From a virus (Duplodnaviria > Caudoviricetes): DNA of 61,650 nucleotides. Shown here one piece after another: positions 38,134-47,242 of this stretch. Position numbers and translations under genes: made by a program. The notes beneath the pieces are model-generated. The model ran no database searches, had not been told where the DNA came from, and saw only the letters and a list, made by a program, of their open reading frames with translations. The DNA is taken from the IMG/VR virus record IMGVR_UViG_3300047476_000161, positions 1 through 61,650 of that record. The stretch is one strand, 5' to 3'. Each line of letters opens with the position of its first letter. The stretch's first letter is position 1.

Positions 38134-38417
38134 TAGTTAATTTCCCTAGAAACTAGATTAGGAGTTTGTTTGATTGTTTCGACACCTAGCTTAGATCCGT
38201 CAGGGCGCATAACATTTAATTGTTCCAGCACTTCTTTGCTTAGGTTAATACCAGAACGAGTGATATTAGATAGTATAGACTTGTAGCTTTTACCTGTACT
38301 AGCAGCTAACACTAAAATGTTAAATCCTAGAGTTTCTGCCACTTCTCTGTTAAGGCCTTTGCCTAGCAATTCGCCCACTATAATGTCGTAGTGTTGCTTG
38401 TTAATAGGTTGCGTCAT
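38133..38417 (-). CDS. Hypothetical protein
   Basis: ATGA and TAATG overlaps with both neighbours. Confidence 0.65.
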   Translation of the reverse strand: MTQPINKQHYDIIVGELLGKGLNREVAETLGFNILVLAASTGKSYKSILSNITRSGINLSKEVLEQLNVMRPDGSKLGVETIKQTPNLVSREIN

Positions 38418-39565
38418 AACCAACCTCCGCCTAAACGTTTAATATCAAAGCCTTTAATGTATTTGTCTAGAGCACTCTTAGCAGCAGGGAATTGGTTAAC
38501 CATTCCTGATATTGCCTTAACTTTGTAACCTGTTTGTGCTATCTTGCCTAAAGGACCCTTAGAATATTTCTGCATACCAGGTAATTGTGTAATTGCGCCT
38601 GCAACTGCAAATACACTAGAAGCTGCACCCACTGCCTTGCCTATTGCAGCACCAGCAGGGCTTTTAGGATTAATAATACCACCTAATGTACTACCGTTAA
38701 TTGCTGTACCAGCTGGAATAGAACCGCCCGGCTTTTGGAAAACTTCTGCCAACACTGCATTAGGGTTTTGTGCTGATCGAATTGCGTTGTTTACAGAGTT
38801 TGTATTAGGGCCGCTAACTACATCGCCACCAGCATCAAATCCTTCGCCCGGGTTAGGTCCAGCAGAATAGGGTGCAGGATTATACAGTGCTGCAACCGCA
38901 GCTTCGGAGTAGTCTGGATGAACTTGGCTATCTAAGAACTCGATACCTTCAGGTTGAACAATAATAGTCCATTTAACTATGCCCGATTGTTGTGTGTAAT
39001 CTAAAGTGTCACGGGATACGCTAGATATCTTAGGGTTTAATAACCTAACTGGAGTTACGTTTCCGCCGTATTCCTGATTGATTTGAATGTAGCTTATAAC
39101 ATTATCCTCGCCGGATATTGCATCAACTGCTGCAATACCGTAGTTATTTTTTATTTCAGGAATCAATAGATCTCTATCTTTTATTGCACTGACACCGTCT
39201 GCGTTAAAGTTATCGCTGACTAGGTTCATATAGGACGTTATAAAATTTCTAAAGAATCCGTCTACTGTGTCAAAGAAAGTTAATGTTACTTGCTTGTATG
39301 TTATTGTAGTATTAACTACACGTTTTCTATTGTATTGATTAATTAGAACTTGTTCAACATCCCAGCCAGGTAAATCCACTGACTGGGCTGTATATACAAG
39401 ATTTTCTGCTAAGTCTTGCTGACTGATATTAAGTTGCTCAACTGCGGTAGGAGTTAGATTAAAACTAACCGTCCATTGGAACTTAGTAAAGGGAACCTTT
39501 GTAAAATAAGTTCCCTTTACATAATAGTTACTAGCGTGGTTGTTAAACCCTATAATGCCAGCCAC
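38414..39565 (-). CDS. Tail-tube-fold baseplate protein (gp54/gp48-like)
   Basis: SVDLPG...NQYNRKR...ITY..VTLTFFD tube-like motifs; follows the tube gene. Confidence 0.65.
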   Translation of the reverse strand: MAGIIGFNNHASNYYVKGTYFTKVPFTKFQWTVSFNLTPTAVEQLNISQQDLAENLVYTAQSVDLPGWDVEQVLINQYNRKRVVNTTITYKQVTLTFFDTVDGFFRNFITSYMNLVSDNFNADGVSAIKDRDLLIPEIKNNYGIAAVDAISGEDNVISYIQINQEYGGNVTPVRLLNPKISSVSRDTLDYTQQSGIVKWTIIVQPEGIEFLDSQVHPDYSEAAVAALYNPAPYSAGPNPGEGFDAGGDVVSGPNTNSVNNAIRSAQNPNAVLAEVFQKPGGSIPAGTAINGSTLGGIINPKSPAGAAIGKAVGAASSVFAVAGAITQLPGMQKYSKGPLGKIAQTGYKVKAISGMVNQFPAAKSALDKYIKGFDIKRLGGGWL

Positions 39566-39579
39566 AAGCTACCCCTTAA

Positions 39580-40218
39580 TTAGTTAGGGTTAGTTGCAGT
39601 ATCACCAGCTGATAGTGCACGTAGAGCAGGACCGCCGCCTAGGTCACCTAGTAAGCCTGGTAAGCTAGATTCTGGCATATCACCGATATGGTAGTCTGCG
39701 TTATCATATGCAATAGTCATACTAATTGTAACTGCGTCGCTTGTACCGTAGTTCATTTCGTTGTAGTTAACGCTAGTTAACCAGCAACCTGCTAAACTCC
39801 AAGTGTCTAGGACTTGAACAGTGTCATTGCCGCCGTCTAGAGTTTGAATAACCATACCGAACTTGTAGTTAGTACCTGCTGTTGCACTGCTTTGACCAGC
39901 GTGGTCCATTTGACGGCCCATCTGTGCAGAAATAACACGAGCAACAGTGTTGCTAATGTCATCACGTACAACTAAGTTGATATCTTGCCAAGTACTCTTA
40001 CCTGCTAGTTTGATTTTACTGTTATAAACGTCGATAGTTGTAGTTTCTGTTTGTAGACTTGGACGGCCAACACTTACAACTTGACTTGTTAGTGTACCTA
40101 GTGCTGGGATAACTTCGCCAGCGAAGCCTAAAAACTTAACTCGGAATCTGTAGCCTAATTTAGGCATTAGAACAGGCATCTCGCCGCCTGGTACCCCGAA
40201 TTTAGATAATTGTGCCAT
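39580..40218 (-). CDS. Tail tube protein (T4 gp19-like)
   Basis: RFRVKF, LAGKSTWQDI, W.L.GCW and I.YD motifs; directly after the sheath gene. Confidence 0.85.
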   Translation of the reverse strand: MAQLSKFGVPGGEMPVLMPKLGYRFRVKFLGFAGEVIPALGTLTSQVVSVGRPSLQTETTTIDVYNSKIKLAGKSTWQDINLVVRDDISNTVARVISAQMGRQMDHAGQSSATAGTNYKFGMVIQTLDGGNDTVQVLDTWSLAGCWLTSVNYNEMNYGTSDAVTISMTIAYDNADYHIGDMPESSLPGLLGDLGGGPALRALSAGDTATNPN

Positions 40219-40289
40219 ATTGTTCTTCTCCTAATGGAATTGTATCAACTATTTAGCCAATTGCCGGCGAAATAATTAAGTACATATAG

Positions 40290-40317
40290 AAAAAGCTCGG
40301 ATCTCTCCGAGCTTTTT
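40290..40317. terminator. Terminator hairpin after the sheath gene
   Basis: aaaaagctcgga/tccgagcttttt. Confidence 0.85.
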
Positions 40318-40340
40318 GTGTTTTACAAGCTAAGTTTGAA

Positions 40341-42701
40341 TTAACTTAGTGCGCCTGTGTTAACAATACGGATTGGAATGTAGATGAATTCAGCCGCTTT
40401 AACTGGCTCAATCGCTACGTCGATCCATAGTTCGTTAGCATCAATACGTGCAGGTGTGTTGTTTGTTTCATCGCAAACTACAACGAAGTCATATACACCG
40501 CGCTTCTGCATAATGTCGCCTAAGAAGCGATCGAATAGTGCCTTAACGTTGCTACGTGTGTTTAGATCGTTTGGTTCAAAGATGAACGGACGAGCTAACG
40601 GATCAAATTGTTCACGTAAGTAAGCAATTAAACGAGCTACGTTTACACGGTCTAGTGCACTAGCGATTGGGCTTAGTGTCTTCTGACCCCATACAACTAG
40701 GCCCTGGCCTGGGAAGTTAACTAGTGGGTTAACCTTGTTAGCGTATAGTGTGTCACGTTGACCTGCATTTAGTGCTAGAGGTTGGAATTCACCTTCTGCT
40801 GTTACATAACCAAAGTTAGTTGCGTTAGTTACAACACCGCGAGTTAAACCAGCCGGAGCAAACCAAGGATAGCTTACGTTGTCGTTATATGCGTATGTAC
40901 GTAGAACTACGTGACTTGCAGGAGCAACTACATCTGTACCATCTAGGTTAGTAGTTAGTACGCTTGGGTAGTATACTGCTGCTTCGCTTGACTTAGTTAC
41001 TAAACCATCTTCGCCGTTTGAACCTGCGTTAACGCCAGTTACCCAGTCAATTAAACCTTGTGCATCTGGTGCGAGGCGTACTGGTGTATCCACAATAACG
41101 AACGCTGTTTCTTTACGGTCAACGTTTAGAGTTAGCATTTCGTCTGCTAGTTCTGGATAACCAGGAGCAGCGATTAAGCTGAACTTGATTGTTTCTTCGC
41201 GTAGACGATCGCTAGCTGCTACTGCTGCTTGCATAGCTGTAACAATAACTTGACGTACTGCTTTACGGCCTGCGTACATTGCGCCTGCTTTAGGGCCGCT
41301 AGTGTAGTTGCCGCTGATTGTGTGCCATAGGCCGTCTGCTGCGCTGTACTGCTTAACGTTGTATGTGCTTACCATACTGTTCCATAGTAGCATACCATCT
41401 GGGTGTACTAAAGGATCAGGAGTATCAATTTCGTCCCAAGGTGTAGCACCGCCCGCATTGCTTGAATCGCCTGCTGTTGCTGTTAGGTCAGCAAATACCA
41501 CACCGTTTGGAGTTGTTTGGTCTGCTGTGTTGCGTAGGACCCACTCGCTACCGCTGTAACGCTTGATAACTGGATAGTTATCTAGGTCGTTTGTATCAAC
41601 CCAAATATCGCCAACTGTTGCAGTGTCAGGTTGTTCGGTGTCGATTGTAACTTGGCCAGTAACTGGCATCCACTTGCCGTTGTTCTTGTAATAAATGTCT
41701 GCTACTAGTTCAGTGTTGTACCATAGTGCGCCATCTGGAGTTGCGCCAACTGGTGCTACTGCTGCTGCATCATAGCTTAATACGCTCCACATAGAACCGT
41801 CGAAACGACGTAGAACGAAGTTAGCTGTGTTAGCTGTAAACTTAGCATATACATCACCTGCGCTTAGTGTTGCGCCAAATGCGCCTTCTGCTGCTGCGTC
41901 GCTGTCAAATGCAGCTACGTTTAATTGTACCCACTGGCCTGCACTTGCACTGTACTTCTTAACAACTGGGGCAAAGCCGCTGTTAGGAGTTGTTGTCTTA
42001 AACCATACATCGCCTGCGTTTGCTGGGCTTGGATAGTTATAGTGAGGTTGTGCAAATACTGTCTTGCTTAGGCTTGCGCTTGTAACTGGAACCCAGTTAC
42101 CTACTACTTTCTTGAAGTATGTATTGTTTGTTGTTAGTGTAACAACTGCATAGTCACCGTTTGAACCGATTGAACTTAGTGGGATGTTCATTGCATCTAC
42201 TTGAGCAGAATCGCTAACTACTGTAACTGCTTTCTGTACCCAAGTTGTGCCGTCTGCTTCAAATAGACCGAATACTGTGCTAGCTGTATCTAACCAGTGT
42301 TGACCATTTGCTGGAGCGCCTGCTGGAGCTGTTGCACGTGCTTCTAGTGCTGCTAAGTCGATATCTGCACGAATTACGTATGCACGATTTGCTAGGCCTA
42401 AGAAGCTGTGTGCTGCTAATAGACCATATTCGTTTAATTCGTCACCGTGTTGTGGTGTACCGTTTAATGTTTTGAAAACCGGAGCGCCGAATAGCTGTGC
42501 TAGCTCACGCTGACTTGTTAATAAAACTGGCTTGCCCGCTGTTGCCTTTGTTGTATAGCCTGCAATGCTTGTGCCGCCAGGAACTGTTTTGTCCTGTGCT
42601 GTTGCAAGAATAACTAAAGGTACAGTACCGTTGCCGCCTGATGCGTATGCGCTTTCGTCAACTACGCTGACTGCTACGCCTGGACTTACTAATGTTGGCA
42701 T
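40341..42701 (-). CDS. Tail sheath protein (T4 gp18-like)
   Basis: LVSPGV, WFAPAGLTRG, WGQKTL, RVNVARL, FEPND and CDETNNTP motifs. Confidence 0.95.
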   Translation of the reverse strand: MPTLVSPGVAVSVVDESAYASGGNGTVPLVILATAQDKTVPGGTSIAGYTTKATAGKPVLLTSQRELAQLFGAPVFKTLNGTPQHGDELNEYGLLAAHSFLGLANRAYVIRADIDLAALEARATAPAGAPANGQHWLDTASTVFGLFEADGTTWVQKAVTVVSDSAQVDAMNIPLSSIGSNGDYAVVTLTTNNTYFKKVVGNWVPVTSASLSKTVFAQPHYNYPSPANAGDVWFKTTTPNSGFAPVVKKYSASAGQWVQLNVAAFDSDAAAEGAFGATLSAGDVYAKFTANTANFVLRRFDGSMWSVLSYDAAAVAPVGATPDGALWYNTELVADIYYKNNGKWMPVTGQVTIDTEQPDTATVGDIWVDTNDLDNYPVIKRYSGSEWVLRNTADQTTPNGVVFADLTATAGDSSNAGGATPWDEIDTPDPLVHPDGMLLWNSMVSTYNVKQYSAADGLWHTISGNYTSGPKAGAMYAGRKAVRQVIVTAMQAAVAASDRLREETIKFSLIAAPGYPELADEMLTLNVDRKETAFVIVDTPVRLAPDAQGLIDWVTGVNAGSNGEDGLVTKSSEAAVYYPSVLTTNLDGTDVVAPASHVVLRTYAYNDNVSYPWFAPAGLTRGVVTNATNFGYVTAEGEFQPLALNAGQRDTLYANKVNPLVNFPGQGLVVWGQKTLSPIASALDRVNVARLIAYLREQFDPLARPFIFEPNDLNTRSNVKALFDRFLGDIMQKRGVYDFVVVCDETNNTPARIDANELWIDVAIEPVKAAEFIYIPIRIVNTGALS

Positions 42702-42767
42702 TGTTTTTTCCTTATTCTGAACCGACTGTCTCTATTCGGTGTTGAAAATATTTATCGGTAGATAAGG

Positions 42768-42790
42768 AAAACCGGGCTGATTAGCCCGGT
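42768..42790 (-). terminator. Rho-independent terminator
   Basis: accgggct/agcccggt stem with a T run on -. Confidence 0.75.
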
Positions 42791-42832
42791 GCTATTTAGC
42801 AAAAACTTTAAAAAAGTTAAAACGCCTGCATC

Positions 42833-43459
42833 TTACACTGTTTCGGCTGTAACTAGCATCTCAATGTTTTCGTATAAGTCCTCAATTGAACTGTCGTTGT
42901 CTAAAACACAATCAAACTTTGAACCTACCCAGCTATATTCACTTGCGTGAACTTCAGGAAAAGCAGTTGCCATATGATTAAAGCCCGTTATATTAGACTC
43001 TGCTGCTACATCAAACCACTCGGGATCAGGACCTCGTTTAATGCGAATTACTTTGCCGCCTTGGTTACGAATAGCTTTGATTTCGTTAGGGAATCGAACA
43101 TCACTAATAACAATGTTATCTTGTGTTTTGCGGATCTTGTTTTCTAGACTAGCAATCCAGATATCATCGTGGAAGTTCATTCTGCATACTTCAGTGCCCC
43201 ATTGCTGTAAGACCCAGCGTGGAGTAATATCCATACCTAGTCGCTCACTCCACCAATCATCACGTTCTTCTCGCCAAGCCCTAGCTTGCTTGGTTTTGCC
43301 TTCTAGTAGCACACGGTCCCAGCCGAATACGGCTGCTACTGCGTCCTTAAGAGTTCCTGCAAAGCTATCTCGTCTAAAGCCGTGAAAGTTAACCAAATAA
43401 TCTGCGGCTGTATCTTTGCCGCTACCTATCAACCCTACAAAACCAATTACTTGTGGCAT
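42833..43459 (-). CDS. Deoxynucleoside monophosphate kinase (T4 gp1-like)
   Basis: GLIGSGKDT, TPRWVLQQWGTE, SDVRFPNE and HASE motifs. Confidence 0.9.
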   Translation of the reverse strand: MPQVIGFVGLIGSGKDTAADYLVNFHGFRRDSFAGTLKDAVAAVFGWDRVLLEGKTKQARAWREERDDWWSERLGMDITPRWVLQQWGTEVCRMNFHDDIWIASLENKIRKTQDNIVISDVRFPNEIKAIRNQGGKVIRIKRGPDPEWFDVAAESNITGFNHMATAFPEVHASEYSWVGSKFDCVLDNDSSIEDLYENIEMLVTAETV

Positions 43460-43460
43460 T

Positions 43461-44174
43461 TTATTTCCTTATGAGTTTAATAATCCAGTACCCTGTGTCT
43501 AGTTGGTACCAGGCTTTTGAAAAATTAACACTGTATGACTCGTGGTGATTTTTATGTAAGCAGCTACCGCCAAATACAGGACTCAGCAATGCAGAGTTAT
43601 AAACCTTTCCTGTAGGTGAATGGAACAAACAATTCAAGCTAGTTTCCATTAAAAATACAGTGAACATAGCTAGTGCAATACTTGCACACACTATAGGGCT
43701 CAAAAAATAAGCAATTACTAGAGTTACATACGGTAGTATAAAAGATAATTTTTCTAGTGTCAACGTAACATTGTCCTTATACAAGTCTTTAACGCTGGCT
43801 AACATTTTAGGCGTAACATCAAATGTATAGACCCAAGAATATGCAGAATGGATGAATCCGTGCTTGGGACTGTGCGGATCTAAATCAGTATCACTGTGCT
43901 TGTGATGCTGCCTATGCACTAGGCTCCAGCTAATAGGGCCGCCGATTATTGCTAATGTGCCCAAATATCCCATAATAATTTTCAACGGCACACTTGTCTT
44001 GAAGCCATTATGGGAAAAGTATCTGTGGAAGCCTACACTAATTCCTACAGTCTGGATTAAAAATACGCTAACTAAGAAAGTAGCCAAGTCGATGCCAAGC
44101 ATATATGCACTTACTATAGCAAATATGCTAATAGGTGCGTGAACTGCTAGTGCATAGACTGCTGATATTCTCAC
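43461..44174 (-). CDS. Delta-9-type membrane fatty-acid desaturase
   Basis: His boxes HRYFSH, HRQHH and HKNHH, DPHSP, TM helices; GTGA overlap gives start 44174. Confidence 0.85.
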   Translation of the reverse strand: MRISAVYALAVHAPISIFAIVSAYMLGIDLATFLVSVFLIQTVGISVGFHRYFSHNGFKTSVPLKIIMGYLGTLAIIGGPISWSLVHRQHHKHSDTDLDPHSPKHGFIHSAYSWVYTFDVTPKMLASVKDLYKDNVTLTLEKLSFILPYVTLVIAYFLSPIVCASIALAMFTVFLMETSLNCLFHSPTGKVYNSALLSPVFGGSCLHKNHHESYSVNFSKAWYQLDTGYWIIKLIRK

Positions 44175-44662
44175 GAGAACTGTTCCTCTAACCAAGGCTT
44201 GCAAGCTGTCCAACTACGGTACACGTGAGCTCGACCTTTTGCATTAATCCATTCTTCGCAGTTGACTGTCCTGTCGTCGATTAGAATGTCGCCGGGGCGG
44301 CAGTGCATCCACTTTTGGTTACTGAACGGTCCGATGAATACAGGAATATCAGGGAAGTGTTGCTGTCCCCAGAGTACTTTATCTTGTACTGCCCAGGGCA
44401 TATCATTTTTGTGCGGGATAGCAGTCAAGAAGTAAAGCCCGTCTATCTTCTCATCACGGAGCAAGGCACGACAATAGTTAACTAACTCTAGTGCACCTTC
44501 TTTTAACGGAAGTTTGCTGTACATCCTAGGGTCGTCTTTAAGTCTACGCCAGGTAGTGTCCGGCAAGATCTCGCCCTCTTTCCAGTTTGGTTCTCTAAGG
44601 TATGCTCTGGCATATCCCATCCAATCTGCAATTACGTCGTCAATGTCTAAGTATATTTTCAT
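44171..44662 (-). CDS. 5'(3')-deoxyribonucleotidase (HAD, NT5C-like)
   Basis: YLDIDDVIAD, FLTA and LIDDR motifs; start refined to MKIYLD. Confidence 0.85.
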   Translation of the reverse strand: MKIYLDIDDVIADWMGYARAYLREPNWKEGEILPDTTWRRLKDDPRMYSKLPLKEGALELVNYCRALLRDEKIDGLYFLTAIPHKNDMPWAVQDKVLWGQQHFPDIPVFIGPFSNQKWMHCRPGDILIDDRTVNCEEWINAKGRAHVYRSWTACKPWLEEQFS

Positions 44663-44711
44663 AAAAAAAGCCCTATGCACTAATTTAGCATAGGGCCCAG
44701 TTAAAAGTCAA
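44663..44711 (-). terminator. Terminator fused with promoter TTGACT-N18-TAAATT
   Basis: gccctatgc/gcatagggc stem plus T7 run; the -10 lies in the loop. Confidence 0.7.
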
Positions 44712-44717
44712 TCGGAA

Positions 44718-45455
44718 TTAACCTATAACAAAGGTATAGCCTGTACCACCTTCGATATAGTTCTTTAATTCTTCTTCTAGCTTTTCAATGTCTGCGTTTG
44801 CTTCTTGTATCAAGTTAGCACCGTTTAGCTGTGCACCGCCGCTAGGGCCTGCAATTTGGCTAAACTTGCTACGTGCTTGTCCAAGAATTAATTTAGCTTG
44901 CGCTAGTGCATATGCCCTAATCCAAGGACCTGCATAAGTGTCCTCGATAAGGCTGTTGTCAGGACGGATCATATAAACGTGCATAATAACACTGTCCTCT
45001 GCACGAACGTTCCTGTGTATAGTTAGCTTGCGGCTTTGTGGTAGCCAAGTAAATTGTACGTGTGCGCCAAACATTTTACCTAGTGTTTCGCGGTAACTAC
45101 TGTACAATTCAAATGTTAGTAAGCCGCCCATTTTGTGGCTTTGTAGCAAGTAGGTGTTTAAGAAGCCTGCTTCGAACGGTTCAATGTCTTGGCCAGCACT
45201 AGCAATACCGCCCGCTACACGACGATACAATACTCTAACTTCTTGTATCTCTTTTGGTAGTTGGTATTCGCTTTGTCCTTCTATTAGATTTAGAACAACG
45301 AACGCCTCTTCCACACTTCTAGAACTACGCTGTCTAATCTTGCCTAACGCAATATCAATAGCCTGGTTATAATCTTCGGGGTCTAACTCAACGTCGACCA
45401 TACTTGCGCCTAGTGAGCGCTCGATGCTTTTAATTAAATCGTCTCTAGCTGCCAT
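44718..45455 (-). CDS. Neck protein (T4 gp13-like)
   Basis: LGASMVDVEL...WIRAYALAQAK..LG..RSKF...PSGG..LNG; TAAATA upstream. Confidence 0.8.
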   Translation of the reverse strand: MAARDDLIKSIERSLGASMVDVELDPEDYNQAIDIALGKIRQRSSRSVEEAFVVLNLIEGQSEYQLPKEIQEVRVLYRRVAGGIASAGQDIEPFEAGFLNTYLLQSHKMGGLLTFELYSSYRETLGKMFGAHVQFTWLPQSRKLTIHRNVRAEDSVIMHVYMIRPDNSLIEDTYAGPWIRAYALAQAKLILGQARSKFSQIAGPSGGAQLNGANLIQEANADIEKLEEELKNYIEGGTGYTFVIG

Positions 45456-45503
45456 AACAGTTTCCTAATAACTGTATTTATAGCAACTAGAGACCTAGTC
45501 TGC

Positions 45504-46643
45504 TTACTTGACTACTTTAACAATTAGAGTGTCTTCGTTCAAGCGGCCTGTTAGCTTGACTTCTACTGCATTGATCCCGTCCATAAACTTACGGATTTGG
45601 ATCTTGCCCGCAGTTAGCAGAGCTTTTAGCTGTTCTGCTGGCTTACGCAGAGTCTTAGCAACACTCTTAGCTTCGTCAAATCCAGTCAGGCTAGTACCTT
45701 TAACACCAATCGGACCCAAGGTAGCATCTGCAATATACTTGCCTAGCTTGCGTGTTTTAGTGTTGAACACCCACACTTCTGTTGCTCCGATCATTTGTGC
45801 AGGGTTAACGCTAGTAACCTGCAGGCCTGTATCCGCCTTCATATACTTGACCTTGGACACAATCTTCTCGACACTCTTAGCCTTAGCTTTGCGTGGCTTC
45901 TTAACTGCCTTCTTAGTAGTAACATAGCTTTGGCAATCTGCAACTACGGACTCAAAGAACTTGATTACAGCCTTGAGCTTAACTTTACTAAAGTTAGAGT
46001 ACGCTTCCTTGAGTTCTTTGTCATCGGTGTTTTGCACTTCAGTGAACTCGGCAATACGCTTGTTAGCAAAGTCAACAATCTTGCCCACTTGTGCCTGCGG
46101 CGTGTTGCGTTCTTTGAGCAGTGCAAAGGCATTGGCTTTAACGTTAGTGTCTGCTACAAAATCGTCAAAGCGGCCTTCTAGTTCGCCTAGCGTTTCAGCA
46201 GTCTTCTCACGCAAGAAATCCTGGATCGTAGGCTTTTGCACTACTTGTTCCGGAGTCTTAATCTTAGGCTCAGTGTCGGCAACAATGGAGGCTTCGGCCT
46301 CACGAATCGCTTTTGCTAGCTTTTTCATTTCGCGATAAGAAGCAGGATACCCCATAGTAATCATACGAGCTAGCCAGCCGTAAGTAGAGGAGATGTCTAG
46401 CTTCTTTTGACTCTTAAACTTCTTAGCAAGGTCTCGGCGCTTGGGCTTAGAGTTAAGCCAGTATACGATAAACTCTTGCGCCTTATCTGCTCCGTACAGA
46501 TAATTATACCAGTTAAAGGCTCGCATTGCATCTACTTGGCCGTAAGTGTTACCTTGAACCCAGACTGGTTCATCACCTGTAAATTTAGCGTCTGAGCCGC
46601 GGTTGATAATTTGACCTTCTACTGATGCTTTACGAGTTGCCAT
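45504..46643 (-). CDS. Basic hypothetical early protein, 379 aa
   Basis: AFNWYNY, WVFNTKTRKL, KTLRKP and GRLNEDT; sigma70 promoter at 46669-46698. Confidence 0.8.
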   Translation of the reverse strand: MATRKASVEGQIINRGSDAKFTGDEPVWVQGNTYGQVDAMRAFNWYNYLYGADKAQEFIVYWLNSKPKRRDLAKKFKSQKKLDISSTYGWLARMITMGYPASYREMKKLAKAIREAEASIVADTEPKIKTPEQVVQKPTIQDFLREKTAETLGELEGRFDDFVADTNVKANAFALLKERNTPQAQVGKIVDFANKRIAEFTEVQNTDDKELKEAYSNFSKVKLKAVIKFFESVVADCQSYVTTKKAVKKPRKAKAKSVEKIVSKVKYMKADTGLQVTSVNPAQMIGATEVWVFNTKTRKLGKYIADATLGPIGVKGTSLTGFDEAKSVAKTLRKPAEQLKALLTAGKIQIRKFMDGINAVEVKLTGRLNEDTLIVKVVK

Positions 46644-46681
46644 ACTGTTTCCTTGCTATGAGTTTGCTATTATATAGTCAA

Positions 46682-46888
46682 TTAGGCAATAAAGTCAAAT
46701 AGGTAGCCATAAGAGCCATCGCGGCTCATTTGGACTTTGTTGCTGTAGTCTTTGTTCAGACGAGCAAGCACCTTCTTTGCTTCTGCTTCGGAGCAAATGA
46801 CACTCAACGTACCGCAGAAGAAGCTAGCGGCGTTGTCATTTTTAAGAATTTTTTCAACTTTGTTCAACACTACAGTTTCGAAACCCAT
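46682..46888 (-). CDS. Small early protein, 68 aa
   Basis: CAGGAG SD; directly downstream of a repeat promoter. Confidence 0.7.
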   Translation of the reverse strand: MGFETVVLNKVEKILKNDNAASFFCGTLSVICSEAEAKKVLARLNKDYSNKVQMSRDGSYGYLFDFIA

Positions 46889-46918
46889 TGCGTTCTCCTG
46901 TTTTGTTACGCTATGAAT

Positions 46919-46953
46919 GTATTATAGCACTTTTGGATTTATTGAGCAAATTT
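46919..46953 (-). repeat. 35-bp promoter repeat, copy A (TTGCTC-N17-TATAAT)
   Basis: gtattatagcacttttggatttattgagcaaattt, identical to 47208-47242. Confidence 0.9.
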
Positions 46954-46957
46954 TGAC

Positions 46958-47179
46958 TCATTCTTCAGGGAAGCCATAGCCGCCGCGGCAACTGCCGTCA
47001 TAGGGCTGGATAATAGTGTATACTTTAGTATTATCTTTTTTCCACTCGTCATAAGCAAAAGAATGTGCCCAGGCCAGGTTGTCGTGCTCAAACAACACTT
47101 TAGATTTGTCGTAGCTCCAAGGATCGCTTGCATCACTGCACTCAAACACTTGATAAAAGCTCTTGGGATAGTTGTTCAT
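46958..47179 (-). CDS. Small early protein, 73 aa
   Basis: Sits exactly between the two identical 35-bp repeats. Confidence 0.7.
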   Translation of the reverse strand: MNNYPKSFYQVFECSDASDPWSYDKSKVLFEHDNLAWAHSFAYDEWKKDNTKVYTIIQPYDGSCRGGYGFPEE

Positions 47180-47207
47180 CTGATGCCCGTTGTTGCTTAC
47201 TATACTA

Positions 47208-47242
47208 GTATTATAGCACTTTTGGATTTATTGAGCAAATTT
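47208..47242 (-). repeat. 35-bp promoter repeat, copy B
   Basis: Identical to 46919-46953. Confidence 0.9.

Noticed and set aside
46939-47145. Alternative-frame ORF also ending in SKFAQ
   Set aside because: Overlaps the better-supported 46958..47179 ORF and has no clear ribosome-binding site
46919-47242. Two identical 35-bp repeats resembling a minimal CRISPR array
   Set aside because: The intervening 254 bp encodes an ORF, the repeat reads as a sigma70 promoter, and no cas genes are present
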